DNA of 64,000 nt from positions 3,840 to 67,839 of the forward strand of contig QNFE01000005.1 in the NCBI GenBank assembly GCA_003645455.1. The letters are read 5' to 3'. The stretch's first letter is position 1. Every line of letters begins with the position of its first letter. The notes below the pieces were generated by a model. It saw only the letters and a program-made list of their open reading frames with translations. It was not told the DNA's origin and did no database searches. A program made the translations under genes and the position numbers. Shown piece after piece: positions 46,974 to 58,560 of the stretch. Source of the stretch: Gammaproteobacteria bacterium (GTDB taxonomy: Bacteria > Pseudomonadota > Gammaproteobacteria > QNFE01).

Positions 46974-47549
46974 ATGACTGATTACATATTGATTCTAATC
47001 GGCACAATTTTTGTTAACAACATTGTATTAGCAAAATTTTTAGGCCTATGTCCTTTTATGGGTGTGTCACGAAAATTAGAAACCGCAGCTGGAATGGGTT
47101 TTGCTACCACTTTTGTGCTGACATTATCTGCCATCCTATCCTATCTTGTTAATGAATATTTGCTTATTCCGCTTGAAATTGAATATTTAAAAACTATCAG
47201 TTTTATTTTAGTAATTGCTGTTGTTGTGCAATTCACTGAAAGTTTTATCCGCAAAACTTCTCCAGTTTTATATAGTGTTTTGGGAATTTTTTTGCCACTT
47301 ATTACAACTAATTGTGCGGTGTTGGGGGTGGCTTTATTAAATGCTCAACAATCGCACAATTTATTGGAATCAGCTTTATATGGTTTTGGGTCGGCTTTGG
47401 GGTTTACTTTTGTTTTAGTTTTATTTGCTGCTATTCGCGAAAGATTATCCGCATCTGATGTGCCGGTGCCTATGGTAGGTACCGCTATCGCACTTATCAC
47501 AGCAGGTTTAATGTCGGTAGCTTTTATGGGTTTTTCTGGATTAATATAA
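46974..47549 (+). CDS. rsxA: Rnf/Rsx electron transport complex subunit A
   Basis: [47 protein letters not shown]. Confidence 0.95.
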   Translation: MTDYILILIGTIFVNNIVLAKFLGLCPFMGVSRKLETAAGMGFATTFVLTLSAILSYLVNEYLLIPLEIEYLKTISFILVIAVVVQFTESFIRKTSPVLYSVLGIFLPLITTNCAVLGVALLNAQQSHNLLESALYGFGSALGFTFVLVLFAAIRERLSASDVPVPMVGTAIALITAGLMSVAFMGFSGLI

Positions 47550-50500
47550 TGAATAAAAAATATATGACTATTGATGGTAATGAGGCAGTATCTTATGTCT
47601 CATATGCTTTTACCGAAGTAGCAGGAGTATACCCTATTACACCTGCCTCTCCTATGGGAAGTTTGGCAGAAATTTGGAGCTCGCAAGGTAAAACTAATTT
47701 GTTTGGCACAAGTGTAAAAATAGTTGAGATGCAGTCTGAGGCAGGGGCTGCAGGAGTCTTTCACGGCTCATTGCAAATAGGGGCGATGACTACGACTTAT
47801 ACTGCCTCACAAGGTTTATTATTAAAAATCCCCAATATGTATAAGGTGGCAGGACAACTTTTGCCAGGTGTCATTCATGTCTCGGCAAGATCAATCGCAG
47901 CTCATGCTTTATCAATTTTTGGCGACCATCAAGATGTTATGAGTGTTCGTGCCACAGGTTTTGCGATGCTTGCCACAGGCTCTGTGCAACAGGTAATGGA
48001 TCTATCAGGCATAGCCCACCTTGCCTCTCTTAAAAGTAAAGTCCCATTTTTACATTTTTTTGATGGCTTTCGCACCTCCCACGAGATAAATAAAATTGAA
48101 AGTTTTGATTATAAAGATTTTGATAAATTGCTTGATAAAAAAGCCTTGCAAGAGTTTCGGGATAATTCATTAAACCCTGAATCTCCGACAACTCGTGGTT
48201 CGGCCCAAAATGATGATATATATTTTCAAGGACGCGAAGCCTGCAACCCATTTTATGAAGCAGTGCCTGATATAGTCAATGATTATATGATAGAGATATC
48301 AAAAATAACAGGTAGGGAATATGCCCCGTTTACTTTTTATGGTGCAACCGATGCCACAGATATAATAATCGCTATGGGCTCTGTGACAGAAACCATCAAA
48401 GAAACAATTGATTACTTACAAAAAAAAGAAGGTAGGAAAGTAGGACTTATCAGTGTTCATCTTTATCGTCCATTTTCTTTAAAATATTTTTTTAATGTCT
48501 TGCCTAAAAGCACAAAAAAAATATGTGTAATTGATCGCACCAAAGAACCAGGTAGCCTAGCAGAGCCCTTATATTTAGACATAAAAGCTGCTATCTACAA
48601 TAACGACTTTCACCCTATGATTATTGGAGGCAGATATGGTTTATCTTCAAAAGATGTGCCGCCGAACCAAATTATTGCCCTCTATGATAATCTTGCATCC
48701 AATCAACCAAAGGATAATTTCACAGTCGGCATAAATGACGATATCTCTCATACCTCAATCTCTGTCGGAGAAAATATATCCATTAAAACTGATGATGTTA
48801 AAGAGTGTTTGTTTTATGGCATAGGTGCAGATGGCACAGTCGGTGCCAATAAAAACTCGGTTAAAATAATCGGCGAGAAAACAGATCTTTACGCTCAGGC
48901 ATATTTTGCCTATGATTCTAAAAAATCAGGTGGCTTCACGAGATCTCATTTAAGATTTTCACCGCGTCCTATCCGTTCAACTTATTTGGTATCAAATCCT
49001 GGTTTTGTCGCCTGCTCCAAAGAGATTTATTTAGAACAATATGAAATGATAGATAACTTAAAACAGGGCGGAACTTTTTTATTAAATTCAATTTGGCAAC
49101 CAGATAAATTGATTGAAAAAATGCCAGAGAGAGTTAAAAAAATTCTCGCCGAGAAAAAAGCAAAATTCTACACCATAAATGCTACCAAAATAGCCGAAGA
49201 TATCGGGCTTGGCAATCGCACAAATACTATAATGCAATCGGCTTTTTTTAAGTTATCAGGCGTTATTGATTATCATAAAGCTATAGATTATATGAAAGAA
49301 TATGCCAAAAAAGCTTATTCTAAAAAAGGAGTTGATATGGTGGGAATGAATTATAAAGCCATTGATATGGGAGCCGATGCGATTCAAGAGATAGAAGTTA
49401 AAGAGCAATGGTTAAAATTTGAATCAAGTGATTTAATTTTGGATGAAACCTATCAAGGCACAGAATATGTTGAAAATTTTGCCAAGATTGTCAATGCCGG
49501 ACAAGGCAACAATTTACCAGTTTCAATATTTAAAGGAGCAGAGGGCGGATTTTTAGAAAACGGTAGCACCAAATATGAAAAGCGAGGAATAGGTTTAACA
49601 GTCCCTAAATTTTTACAAGAGCATTGCATTCAATGTAATCAGTGTATTTTAGACTGCCCTCATGGCTGTATGCGCGCTTTTTTGTTGAATAAAGATGAAT
49701 ATAATGCAGCCCCTGACGGAGTTAAAAATCACTGCATAGATGTCTCGGGCAAAGGCTTGAAAGAAATAGGCTTGAAATATGTAATTTCAACCTCAATTTT
49801 AGACTGCACGGGGTGTAACATATGTGTCGATGTTTGCCCTACAAAAATAAAATCATTAGAAATGGTGCCATTCGCCGAAGAAGATGAGCAAGGCGCGCAA
49901 CAAGATGCAGATTATTTATACAGCAAAGTAACCTACAAAGATGATTTAATCTCAAAAGATACAATTCGTGGTTCACAATTTGCTCAACCACTTTTTGAAT
50001 TTAACTCCGCCTGCCCAGGTTGTGGCGAAACACCATATATAAAACTTGTCACTCAATTGTTTGGCGATCGAACAATAATAGCCAATGCGACAGGTTGTTC
50101 GTCAATTTTTGGTGGATCTGCACCCTCAACTCCATATACAACCAACGATAAAGGTGAGGGACCTGCCTGGGCAAATTCCCTGTTTGAAGATGCCGCAGAG
50201 TTTGGTTTTGGGATGTTACAAGCGAACAACACTATCCGTAATCGTTTGGAAATGTTAATGTTAAACAACAAAAATAAAGTCGCCAAACCCTTGGGCGACT
50301 TATTTAATCAATGGTTGGAACATAAAGAAAATGGCATTCAAACTCAAAAACTAAAAAATCTAATTTTGCCATTATTAAAGAAAGAAAATAACAACAAAGA
50401 TATGGCAACAATTTTAAGCCTAAAACAATATCTTGTCAAAAAATCACAATGGGTGATAGGTGGTGATGGTTGGGCATATGATATAGGATACGGTGGTTTG

Positions 50501-51124
50501 GATCATGTCATCTCCACAGGAGAAAACATAAATTTATTAGTCTTAGATACCGAAGTGTACTCCAACACCGGCGGACAAAGCTCCAAAGCATCAAGAACTG
50601 GCTCAATAGCAGAATATACCAACTCTGGCAAAATATCACCAAAAAAAGATTTAGGATATATAGCTATGACTTACGGTCATGTATTTATTGCCCAGATAAA
50701 CTCTCGCGCCCGTGCAAAACAGACGATGGAGGTAATAAGAGATGCTGAAAAATTTGATGGACCATCTTTAATTATCGCCTACTCTCCTTGTATATCTCAC
50801 GGCATCAAAGGCGGTTTGATGGCATCAGTAGACCAAGGTAAACTTGCCACCGAGTGTGGATATTGGCCGTTATATACCTATAATCCAGACCTTATCAAAG
50901 ATGGTAAAAACCCCATCAAATTATTTGGCAAACCACCAGCATGGGATAGATATAAAGATTTTTTAAATCAAGAAAATCGTTATGTAAATTTAAAAAAATC
51001 AAACCCAGAAAAAGCGGAAGAATTATTTGACCTTAACAAAAAAGAGGCACAATTTAGATACCGTCAATTAAAAAGAATGGCAAGTGCGGATTATAGCAAC
51101 GAGATACAATCTGACCCAACATAA
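47549..51124 (+). CDS. nifJ: Homodimeric pyruvate:ferredoxin/flavodoxin oxidoreductase
   Basis: DGNEA, YPITPAS, EMQSEAGAAG, HFFDGFRTSHE, GIGADGTVG, two ferredoxin motifs (CIQCNQCILDCP, CTGCNICVDVCP), ACPGCGE, GDG..YDIG TPP site. Confidence 0.95.
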   Translation: MNKKYMTIDGNEAVSYVSYAFTEVAGVYPITPASPMGSLAEIWSSQGKTNLFGTSVKIVEMQSEAGAAGVFHGSLQIGAMTTTYTASQGLLLKIPNMYKVAGQLLPGVIHVSARSIAAHALSIFGDHQDVMSVRATGFAMLATGSVQQVMDLSGIAHLASLKSKVPFLHFFDGFRTSHEINKIESFDYKDFDKLLDKKALQEFRDNSLNPESPTTRGSAQNDDIYFQGREACNPFYEAVPDIVNDYMIEISKITGREYAPFTFYGATDATDIIIAMGSVTETIKETIDYLQKKEGRKVGLISVHLYRPFSLKYFFNVLPKSTKKICVIDRTKEPGSLAEPLYLDIKAAIYNNDFHPMIIGGRYGLSSKDVPPNQIIALYDNLASNQPKDNFTVGINDDISHTSISVGENISIKTDDVKECLFYGIGADGTVGANKNSVKIIGEKTDLYAQAYFAYDSKKSGGFTRSHLRFSPRPIRSTYLVSNPGFVACSKEIYLEQYEMIDNLKQGGTFLLNSIWQPDKLIEKMPERVKKILAEKKAKFYTINATKIAEDIGLGNRTNTIMQSAFFKLSGVIDYHKAIDYMKEYAKKAYSKKGVDMVGMNYKAIDMGADAIQEIEVKEQWLKFESSDLILDETYQGTEYVENFAKIVNAGQGNNLPVSIFKGAEGGFLENGSTKYEKRGIGLTVPKFLQEHCIQCNQCILDCPHGCMRAFLLNKDEYNAAPDGVKNHCIDVSGKGLKEIGLKYVISTSILDCTGCNICVDVCPTKIKSLEMVPFAEEDEQGAQQDADYLYSKVTYKDDLISKDTIRGSQFAQPLFEFNSACPGCGETPYIKLVTQLFGDRTIIANATGCSSIFGGSAPSTPYTTNDKGEGPAWANSLFEDAAEFGFGMLQANNTIRNRLEMLMLNNKNKVAKPLGDLFNQWLEHKENGIQTQKLKNLILPLLKKENNNKDMATILSLKQYLVKKSQWVIGGDGWAYDIGYGGLDHVISTGENINLLVLDTEVYSNTGGQSSKASRTGSIAEYTNSGKISPKKDLGYIAMTYGHVFIAQINSRARAKQTMEVIRDAEKFDGPSLIIAYSPCISHGIKGGLMASVDQGKLATECGYWPLYTYNPDLIKDGKNPIKLFGKPPAWDRYKDFLNQENRYVNLKKSNPEKAEELFDLNKKEAQFRYRQLKRMASADYSNEIQSDPT

Positions 51125-51173
51125 TATTCTATTGATGCTTGTATCTTGATTTATTTGTTCGTGGTTTGAGGTT

Positions 51174-52307
51174 TTAACCTATCTCTTTATCGGTTAAATA
51201 ACAACCAGGATCTTCTGCCCATGCATCATTATATTCTATGTATGCACGAGTGCGAGTGTTACCATCGCATATTTTTTTGTAAGAACAAGTATAACACCTG
51301 CCCTTAACAGGGCGAGGTTTTTGTTTTAACCCTGCCATAAGAGGATCACTTACATCCTGCCAAATTTCTGAAAATTCTCTATCTTTTACATTCCCTAAAT
51401 TATAATTCCACCACATTGTATCAGGATGAACCTGTCCTGTGTTGTCAATGTTTGAGATATTTATCCCAGAACTATTACCTGCCCATTGTTCTAATTTTTG
51501 CCTGACATGTTCTGCTGATTTTGGATAATTTTTTTTTACCCATAAATATAAATAGACACCGTCTGCATCATTATTGCCAGTTACAAATTCTTTGTTGTTC
51601 TTATTGAGGTTATCAATACAGGTTGAGAATAATAAATCAAGAGATTCACGAGTAGTTTTAAATTCAGCAATATCGGCACGATTTTTGCTGCCTCGTCCTG
51701 CAAAATTTAAATGAGAATAGTAAAATTTATCAACCCCTTCGTCATCCATAAGTTGCAACATATTTTTAAGTTGATTTTGGTTGTCGGTAGTTTGAGTAAA
51801 ACGCAACCCCACCTTAATGTTGTTTTTTTTGCACAACCTTATTCCGTTGATTGATTCTTGATAAGCACCTTCTTTTTGGCGAAATACATCATGAGTTGCC
51901 TGCACTCCATCAATACTTATTCCTAAATAATCAAAACCTATGTCTGTTATTTGCTTGATATTTCTATCTGTAATTAGTGTCCCATTGGTAGATAGAGCCG
52001 TATAGAAACCCATATTTTTAGCGCGTCTTGCAATTTTAAATATATCATCTCGCAAAAGTGGCTCGCCACCAGAGAGAATTAGAACCGGAACTTTAAAATT
52101 TTTTAAATCATCCATGGTTTTAAAAACTTGTGCTGTGCTTAATTCTCCTTTAAAGTTTGTATCTGCGGAGATTGAATAACAGTGTTTACAGGTTAAATTA
52201 CAACGCCGAATAAGATTCCAAATCACAACAGGTCCTAGTGGATTTTTTATAGGACTGATGGGGATGGGATTTTTTATCTCTTGCAAAATTTTATTTATTC
52301 TTAACAT
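51174..52307 (-). CDS. nirJ: Heme d1 biosynthesis radical SAM protein NirJ
   Basis: GPVVIWNLIRRCNLTCKHCYS, LSGGEPL, GNSSGINISNID..G.VHPD and a SPASM C-terminus (CYTC..KKICDGNTR, EDPGCYL). Confidence 0.85.
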   Translation of the reverse strand: MLRINKILQEIKNPIPISPIKNPLGPVVIWNLIRRCNLTCKHCYSISADTNFKGELSTAQVFKTMDDLKNFKVPVLILSGGEPLLRDDIFKIARRAKNMGFYTALSTNGTLITDRNIKQITDIGFDYLGISIDGVQATHDVFRQKEGAYQESINGIRLCKKNNIKVGLRFTQTTDNQNQLKNMLQLMDDEGVDKFYYSHLNFAGRGSKNRADIAEFKTTRESLDLLFSTCIDNLNKNNKEFVTGNNDADGVYLYLWVKKNYPKSAEHVRQKLEQWAGNSSGINISNIDNTGQVHPDTMWWNYNLGNVKDREFSEIWQDVSDPLMAGLKQKPRPVKGRCYTCSYKKICDGNTRTRAYIEYNDAWAEDPGCYLTDKEIG

Positions 52308-52775
52308 TTAAAACCTCATTCCTGTTTTTTTTAAGATTCTTTTGCTAAATAAAATATCATATTTATTTTTATCTATACCAAACTCAAGAGCAATTTGATA
52401 AACTTTTTGCCAAACTTTATCTTTGCAGGTAGCATGAATCATTGCAAAAATATTATACTGCCATATATCCTTATGGCGTGGTCGCAGATAACAGTGGCTT
52501 ATATCGTTATTTTTTGCTAATTCTTTACCAAATTCATCAGCAAAATTATCATCTATATTCCATACAGACATACCATTTGCCATGATACCAAGTTTGTAAT
52601 GATTGGGGACGGCTCCAATGCGGCGAATTTGTTGATTTTGGAGCATTTTTTGAAACTCAGTAATTACAGATAACTCATCAATATCAAGTTTGTAAGCAAC
52701 CTCATCATAGGGGTTTTTTACAAGAGGCAGACCAGATTGTGTTTCTTTAATAATTTTTTTTTGAAATTGATTCAT
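52308..52775 (-). CDS. nirH: Siroheme decarboxylase subunit, NirH-like (Lrp/AsnC fold)
   Basis: GLPLVKNPY, IRRIGAVPNHYKLG, ANGMSVW, SHCYLRPR, W.YNIFAMIH, KKTGMR; immediately upstream of nirJ. Confidence 0.78.
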   Translation of the reverse strand: MNQFQKKIIKETQSGLPLVKNPYDEVAYKLDIDELSVITEFQKMLQNQQIRRIGAVPNHYKLGIMANGMSVWNIDDNFADEFGKELAKNNDISHCYLRPRHKDIWQYNIFAMIHATCKDKVWQKVYQIALEFGIDKNKYDILFSKRILKKTGMRF

Positions 52776-52834
52776 ATGAAGTTACCACTCTGTGCTTTTT
52801 TTCATTTTCAATTATCAATTTTCAATTCTAAAAA

Positions 52835-53038
52835 TTAGCCTCCAAAACGTTTCTTAAATTTATCTATTTGTCCTGCAGAGTCAATTATTTTTTGTTGCCC
52901 CGTATAAAATGGATGACAATTAGAGCAAACTTCAATCTGCAATTCTTCTTGACCTATCGTAGATTTTGTTAAAAATTTATTGCCACAACTACAGACTACA
53001 TTTACTGCTTCATATTTAGGGTGGGTATCTTTTTTCAT
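52835..53038 (-). CDS. rpmE: 50S ribosomal protein L31 (Zn-binding type)
   Basis: [24 protein letters not shown]. Confidence 0.95.
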   Translation of the reverse strand: MKKDTHPKYEAVNVVCSCGNKFLTKSTIGQEELQIEVCSNCHPFYTGQQKIIDSAGQIDKFKKRFGG

Positions 53039-53517
53039 TTATCCTCCGTTTTGATGATTTTTTTATCTTTATCTTTTTCTGTTTTATTTTCTTTAGTGTC
53101 TTTTATTTTGTTAGTTTTTTTTGCATCTAGTTTTTCTTGTTGAGAATCATCATTATTTTTATCTTTATCTAATAATTCAACATATGCCATAGGTGCCTTA
53201 TCACCCAATCTAAAGCCACATTTTAATATACGTAGATAACCACCTGGACGATTTTTATATCTATTAGAGAAAGCACCAAATAGTTTATTAACACTTTCTT
53301 TGTCTCGCAAATAAGCAAAAATAAGTCGTCTGTTTGCTACATTGTCTGTTTTAGCCTTTGTTATAAGTGGCTCTACTACCATCTTCAATTCTTTTGCTTT
53401 GGGTAAGGTGGTTTTTATCAACTCGTGTTTAAATAAAGAATTCGCCATATTTTTGAACATCGCTTTACGATGAGATGAATTTCTGTTTAATTTTCTGCCT
53501 GTTTTTCTATGTCTCAT
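53035..53517 (-). CDS. rplQ: 50S ribosomal protein L17 with charged C-terminal tail
   Basis: [34 protein letters not shown]. Confidence 0.96.
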   Translation of the reverse strand: MRHRKTGRKLNRNSSHRKAMFKNMANSLFKHELIKTTLPKAKELKMVVEPLITKAKTDNVANRRLIFAYLRDKESVNKLFGAFSNRYKNRPGGYLRILKCGFRLGDKAPMAYVELLDKDKNNDDSQQEKLDAKKTNKIKDTKENKTEKDKDKKIIKTEDK

Positions 53518-53529
53518 AATTGTTTTACC

Positions 53530-54516
53530 TTAATAGTCACGTTTTAAATTTTTAGGTGGCCACTCCACAAGCCTCATCCCAAGGGACAATGCATGATTTG
53601 CTAAAATATCCTTTATCTCTGTTAGAGATTTACGCCCTAAGTTTGGTGCTCGCAAGAGTTCTGCTTCTGTAATTTGCACCAAATCTCCTATGTATTGAAT
53701 ATTTTCAGCCTTCAAGCAATTAGCAGAGCGAACTGTAAGTTCTAAATCATCAACAGGTTGCAGTAATATAGGGTCAATTTGTGGCTCTGGCTCTTCTTCC
53801 ACTTCAATTTCTGGCGCTTCTAAATCAACAAAAACTTTTAACTGATCCGATAAAATTGTGGCAGCTCTTTTTATGGCATATTCAGGGTCAATTGTGCCAT
53901 CGGTTGTCAGATTTAAAATAAGTTTGTCAAGATTAGCACTTTGCTCTAGTCTTGCATCTTCTACATCAAAGGTTACCATATTAACAGGAGAAAAGTTTGC
54001 ATCAATTTTTAAAAATCCATGATTGATGTTTTCTTCATCAGATTTTTGAGCATCAGATGTCATATAACCTCTTCCTTGGTTAACTATTAAATCAATATTA
54101 ATCTCAACATCGTCAGTTATAGTGGCAATAATTAAGTCGGGATTTATGATTTGGACATTGTGTTGGGTTTTTATGTCTGCTGCTGTAATTTCTGCAGGAC
54201 CTTTCTTTTTAATATTTAGTTGGGCGGTATCCGCATCAGTTAAAATCACATTGACATTTTTCAGATTCATTAAAACATCTATTATGTCTTCTTTTATGCC
54301 CTCTAATGTAGAATATTCGTGCTCTACTTTGGATATCTTAACATCAGTAATGGATGAGCCTGGCATTGAAGATAACATAACACGACGTAAAGCATTGCCG
54401 AGCGTGTGACCAAAACCTCTCTCTAATGGCTCTAATGTTACTTTTGCTTTTGTTTTACTTATCTCTTCAACATCAACGATTCTCGGTGTTAAAAATTCAA
54501 ACATATTGTTTTTCAT
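53530..54516 (-). CDS. rpoA: RNA polymerase alpha subunit
   Basis: [38 protein letters not shown]. Confidence 0.98.
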   Translation of the reverse strand: MKNNMFEFLTPRIVDVEEISKTKAKVTLEPLERGFGHTLGNALRRVMLSSMPGSSITDVKISKVEHEYSTLEGIKEDIIDVLMNLKNVNVILTDADTAQLNIKKKGPAEITAADIKTQHNVQIINPDLIIATITDDVEINIDLIVNQGRGYMTSDAQKSDEENINHGFLKIDANFSPVNMVTFDVEDARLEQSANLDKLILNLTTDGTIDPEYAIKRAATILSDQLKVFVDLEAPEIEVEEEPEPQIDPILLQPVDDLELTVRSANCLKAENIQYIGDLVQITEAELLRAPNLGRKSLTEIKDILANHALSLGMRLVEWPPKNLKRDY

Positions 54517-54550
54517 GTGATTTTATCCTTTTTTATTTCTAACTATTATA

Positions 54551-55171
54551 TTATTTTGAATACAATTCAACAATAAGAGATTCGTTTATTTCAGATGGTA
54601 AATCTGACCTATCTGGCACTCTGCTTAATGTGCCTTGGCATTTCTTGCTATCAACCTCTACCCATTCAACGAAACCCTTTTGAGAAGCAATTTCAAGAGA
54701 ATCGGATATTCTTGTTTGTTTTTTGGCTTTTTCTCTAACCGTTATAGAATCTCCTTCTGACACAACATAAGAGGGGATGTTGACAATTTTTTGATTGACC
54801 AATATAGCTTTATGAGATACTAATTGACGAGATTCAGAACGAGTTGACCCAAAACCCATTCTGTATACAATATTGTCCAATCTTTGCTCTAACATAAATA
54901 ATAAATTTTCACCAGTTGCTCCTTTTTTTTGAGCTGATTTTTTGTAGTAGTTTAAGAATTGTTTTTCTAATATACCATACATTCTTTTTAGTTTTTGTTT
55001 TTCACGCAACTGCAAACAATAGTCGGATTGTCTTCGTGGACGTGACTCAGACTGACCTGGAATTCTTTCGAATTTACATTTTGATTCAATCGAACGGATA
55101 CCAGATTTTAAATAAAGATCAGTCCCTTCTCTGCGGGATAATTTACATTTTGGTCCTAAATATCTTGCCAT
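54551..55171 (-). CDS. rpsD: 30S ribosomal protein S4
   Basis: [33 protein letters not shown]. Confidence 0.97.
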   Translation of the reverse strand: MARYLGPKCKLSRREGTDLYLKSGIRSIESKCKFERIPGQSESRPRRQSDYCLQLREKQKLKRMYGILEKQFLNYYKKSAQKKGATGENLLFMLEQRLDNIVYRMGFGSTRSESRQLVSHKAILVNQKIVNIPSYVVSEGDSITVREKAKKQTRISDSLEIASQKGFVEWVEVDSKKCQGTLSRVPDRSDLPSEINESLIVELYSK

Positions 55172-55174
55172 AAT

Positions 55175-55567
55175 TTATACCCTTCTACGTTTAGGTGGGC
55201 GACATCCATTGTGTGGTAATGGAGTCACATCTGTTATACTAAAAACTTTAAAACCCAATGCATTTAAAGATCTAACAGCTGATTCTCGTCCAGGTCCTGG
55301 GCCCTTAATACGAACATCAAGATTTTTCATGCCAAATTCTTGGGCTTTTCTTCCTGCTTTTTCGGCAGCAACCTGGGCGGCATACGGTGTACTCTTGCGA
55401 GATCCTCTAAAACCTGATCCGCCAGATGTAGCCCATGAAAGTGCATTGCCATTTCTGTCTGTTATCATTACAATAGTGTTATTAAAAGAAGCATGAACAT
55501 GAACTATTCCGTCAGTTACTACTCTTTTAATTTTTTTCTTTGTTAGTTTTTGTTTATTTTGTGCCAT
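55175..55567 (-). CDS. rpsK: 30S ribosomal protein S11
   Basis: [38 protein letters not shown]. Confidence 0.97.
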   Translation of the reverse strand: MAQNKQKLTKKKIKRVVTDGIVHVHASFNNTIVMITDRNGNALSWATSGGSGFRGSRKSTPYAAQVAAEKAGRKAQEFGMKNLDVRIKGPGPGRESAVRSLNALGFKVFSITDVTPLPHNGCRPPKRRRV

Positions 55568-55580
55568 AGTTAGTTATACC

Positions 55581-55937
55581 TTATCTTTTAATAGATTTAA
55601 TCGGACCCTTACGAGTGCGAGCATTTGTTTTTGTTCGTTGTCCCCGCACTGGCAATTTACGTCTATGACGTATGCCCCTAAAAGATCCCATATCCATAAG
55701 TCTTTTTATATTCATAGATACATCACGGCGAAGATCTCCTTCTGTTTTATATTTTCCGATCTCTACTCTTAATTTTTCTAATGTAGCCTCATCCAACTCA
55801 TTTATTTTTATGTTAGGATTTGTCTTTGTTGCGTCACATATTGCATACGAGAGAGTACGTCCAATTCCATAGATTGATGTTAATGCAATCCACACATGTT
55901 TTTTTTCAGGAATATTAATTCCAGCTATACGAGCCAT
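55581..55937 (-). CDS. rpsM: 30S ribosomal protein S13
   Basis: [29 protein letters not shown]. Confidence 0.97.
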   Translation of the reverse strand: MARIAGINIPEKKHVWIALTSIYGIGRTLSYAICDATKTNPNIKINELDEATLEKLRVEIGKYKTEGDLRRDVSMNIKRLMDMGSFRGIRHRRKLPVRGQRTKTNARTRKGPIKSIKR

Positions 55938-55942
55938 ATATT

Positions 55943-56059
55943 TTACCCTTGACGTTGTTTATGGCGCGGATCTTTTTTACAAATTACCCTTATCACACCA
56001 TGGCGTTTAATAATTTTACAATCTCGGCACATTTTTTTTACCGATGCACGAACTTTCAT
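55943..56059 (-). CDS. rpmJ: 50S ribosomal protein L36 (38 aa, not in the ORF track)
   Basis: Translates as [38 protein letters not shown]; lies between secY and rpsM. Confidence 0.96.
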   Translation of the reverse strand: MKVRASVKKMCRDCKIIKRHGVIRVICKKDPRHKQRQG

Positions 56060-56079
56060 AATTTATACTCCAAAATTTT

Positions 56080-57411
56080 TTATGAAAAACCTTTAAAGTT
56101 TGATTTTTTCATCAAACTATCATATTGATGAGACATAAGATGGGATTGCACCTGAGCAATAAAATCCATCACGACCACAACAATAATTAACAATGATGTG
56201 CCACCAAAATAAAAAGGCACATTCCAATACAATATCAAAAATTCAGGCAACAAACAAACCGAGGTAATATATAATGCACCTACCATGGTAAGTCTTGTTA
56301 TGACTCCATCAATATGTTTTGCTGTTTGCTCCCCTGGACGAATCCCTGGAATAAAAGCACCTGATTTTTTTAAGTTATCTGCAGTTTCTTTTGAGTTAAA
56401 CACCAAAGCCGTATAAAAAAAACAAAAGAATATTATGGCACCTGCATACAACATTACATAAATAGGTTGTCCTGGTTGCAAAGTTGAGACTATGTTTTGT
56501 AACCAACCCATTGAATCGCCTTTGCCAACCCAATCTCCCAAAGCTGCTGGAAATAAAATTATACTTGATGCAAAAATCGGCGGTATTACCCCTGCCATAT
56601 TTAATTTTAATGGTAAATGGGATGATTGAGCCGCATATAATTTTCTACCCTGTTGTCTTTTTGCATAGTTTACGGTTATACGTCTTTGACCGCTTTCAAC
56701 AAAAATTACGAAATAAGTGACTGCAACAACCAGCATAAAAATCAAAATAACTGCGATAGTGTTGAGTTCTCCTGTTCGCACCAATTCCAAAGTGCCACCA
56801 ATAGCCTGGGGTAATCCAGACACTATTCCTGCAAAAATTATAATTGAAATTCCGTTGCCTATACCTCGCTCTGTTATTTGCTCACCGAGCCACATTAAAA
56901 AGATTGTACCTGTGACCAAAGTTACCGCTGCGGTAAAGATAAAACCTATGCCTTGACTATATACCAAAGGAGCAGACCCCATTGATTGGCTTTGCAGGGC
57001 ATAAGAGATTCCAATGGCTTGAAAACTTGCTAATAATAATGTTCCGTATCTTGTGTATTTTGTAATTGTTCTTCGTCCTTGTTGTCCTTCTTTGCGTAGC
57101 TGTTCAAATGTAGGCACAACATGAGTTAATAATTGCATAATAATTGAGGCGGAAATATAAGGCATGACTCCCAAAGCAAACAAGGACATTCTTGATAATG
57201 CACCACCTGAAAACATATTCACCATTCCCAGTATTCCGCTTTGTTGTTGTTCAAAGATTGATGCCATAACACCAGGATCAATTCCTGGAATTGTAATATG
57301 TGAGCCAATTCTGTATACTATCAGAGCAAAAAGCACAAACATAATTCGCATCTTTAACTCTGATGATTGGGTTAATCCTTCAATTGCACTCATTGATGAT
57401 TTAGTTGCCAT
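56080..57411 (-). CDS. secY: Preprotein translocase subunit SecY
   Basis: [53 protein letters not shown]. Confidence 0.98.
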   Translation of the reverse strand: MATKSSMSAIEGLTQSSELKMRIMFVLFALIVYRIGSHITIPGIDPGVMASIFEQQQSGILGMVNMFSGGALSRMSLFALGVMPYISASIIMQLLTHVVPTFEQLRKEGQQGRRTITKYTRYGTLLLASFQAIGISYALQSQSMGSAPLVYSQGIGFIFTAAVTLVTGTIFLMWLGEQITERGIGNGISIIIFAGIVSGLPQAIGGTLELVRTGELNTIAVILIFMLVVAVTYFVIFVESGQRRITVNYAKRQQGRKLYAAQSSHLPLKLNMAGVIPPIFASSIILFPAALGDWVGKGDSMGWLQNIVSTLQPGQPIYVMLYAGAIIFFCFFYTALVFNSKETADNLKKSGAFIPGIRPGEQTAKHIDGVITRLTMVGALYITSVCLLPEFLILYWNVPFYFGGTSLLIIVVVVMDFIAQVQSHLMSHQYDSLMKKSNFKGFS

Positions 57412-57413
57412 TG

Positions 57414-57845
57414 TTATTCTACCTTGCCCCCTGCTTTTTCAATTTCTTCTTTTGCTCCTTTGGTAACTTTTAGACCCTTGATTGTGATTGCCTTGTCTAT
57501 TGTTCCTGACTTAAACACCTTAACAACTTTTGTTCTTTTATGCACTGTATTATTTTGTATTAAATCTTCTATTGTTATTGTTGCTAATCCCAATAGAGAT
57601 AACTCACTTAGTCTTACCTGTGATGTTTGGGATGATTTAGCCGCCGTAAAACCGACTTTTGGTAGTCTTCTTTGTAATGGCATCTGACCGCCTTCAAAAC
57701 CTACTTTATGAAAGCCACCTGATCTGGATTTTTGTCCTTTGTGACCACGACCACAGGTTTTGCCGTCTGTACATCCTATGCCACGGCCTACTCTTTTAGC
57801 TTTTTTAGTGCTACCTACAGCAGGTTTGATTGTATTTAAAAACAT
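57414..57845 (-). CDS. rplO: 50S ribosomal protein L15
   Basis: [33 protein letters not shown]. Confidence 0.96.
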   Translation of the reverse strand: MFLNTIKPAVGSTKKAKRVGRGIGCTDGKTCGRGHKGQKSRSGGFHKVGFEGGQMPLQRRLPKVGFTAAKSSQTSQVRLSELSLLGLATITIEDLIQNNTVHKRTKVVKVFKSGTIDKAITIKGLKVTKGAKEEIEKAGGKVE

Positions 57846-58028
57846 TTATGAAACCTCCACAAGATAAGATATTTTATTTATCATACCTCTGTTTTCTGGG
57901 CTATCTATAACCTCAACTGTATGATTTATTTTCCTAAGCCCCAATCCTTTGATACAGTTTCGATGATTTTTTAATCTGCCAAACTTACTTTTTTTAAGGG
58001 TAACTTGTATTGTATTTTTATTTGCCAT
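57846..58028 (-). CDS. rpmD: 50S ribosomal protein L30
   Basis: [20 protein letters not shown]; position in the spc operon. Confidence 0.95.
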   Translation of the reverse strand: MANKNTIQVTLKKSKFGRLKNHRNCIKGLGLRKINHTVEVIDSPENRGMINKISYLVEVS

Positions 58029-58031
58029 TTT

Positions 58032-58544
58032 TTAACCTAATATTTGCTCAACTGTTTTGCCTCTTTTGGCTGCCATTTGCTGTGGTGATATCAAGCTATG
58101 TAATCCATTCACTGTAGCTCTGACCACATTTATCGGATTTTGCGAACCGATTATTTTTGCTAAGACATTTTTTACCCCAGATGCTTCAAATACCGCACGC
58201 ATAGCACCACCTGCTATGACTCCTGTGCCCTCTGATGCAGGTTGCATATATACTCTTGCCGCTCCATGTCTTGCAGTAAGAGAATAAGCAATTGTGCCAT
58301 CTGATATATTAACATTTATCATATTGTGTCGAGCTTTTTCCATAGCTTTTGATATAGCATTTGGAACCTCTTTTGATTTACCATAACCTATGCCAATTTT
58401 ACCGTTGCCATCTCCTACTACTGTAAGAGCAGTGAAGCCAAATTGACGACCACCCTTGACCACTTTGGAGACTCTATTAACATTAACGAGTTTTTCAATA
58501 TAATCATCTTTTGGGGCCTGATAATTTCCTTTCTTTTTGTCCAT
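58032..58544 (-). CDS. rpsE: 30S ribosomal protein S5
   Basis: [27 protein letters not shown]. Confidence 0.97.
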   Translation of the reverse strand: MDKKKGNYQAPKDDYIEKLVNVNRVSKVVKGGRQFGFTALTVVGDGNGKIGIGYGKSKEVPNAISKAMEKARHNMINVNISDGTIAYSLTARHGAARVYMQPASEGTGVIAGGAMRAVFEASGVKNVLAKIIGSQNPINVVRATVNGLHSLISPQQMAAKRGKTVEQILG

Positions 58545-58560
58545 GTGTTTATTCCTTACT

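Noticed and set aside
51101-51147. Weak inverted repeat (gagatacaa / ttgtatctt) at the PFOR-nirJ convergence
   Set aside because: Only 8 bp pair across a long loop and the left arm is inside the CDS; insufficient to call a terminator.
52801-52828. Four imperfect 7 bp tandem units (ttcattt tcaatta tcaattt tcaattc) upstream of nirH
   Set aside because: Short, low-complexity and AT-rich; no evidence for function.
53035-53170. Lys/Asp/Glu-rich C-terminal tail of L17
   Set aside because: Variable charged tails on L17 are common in bacteria and not distinctive.
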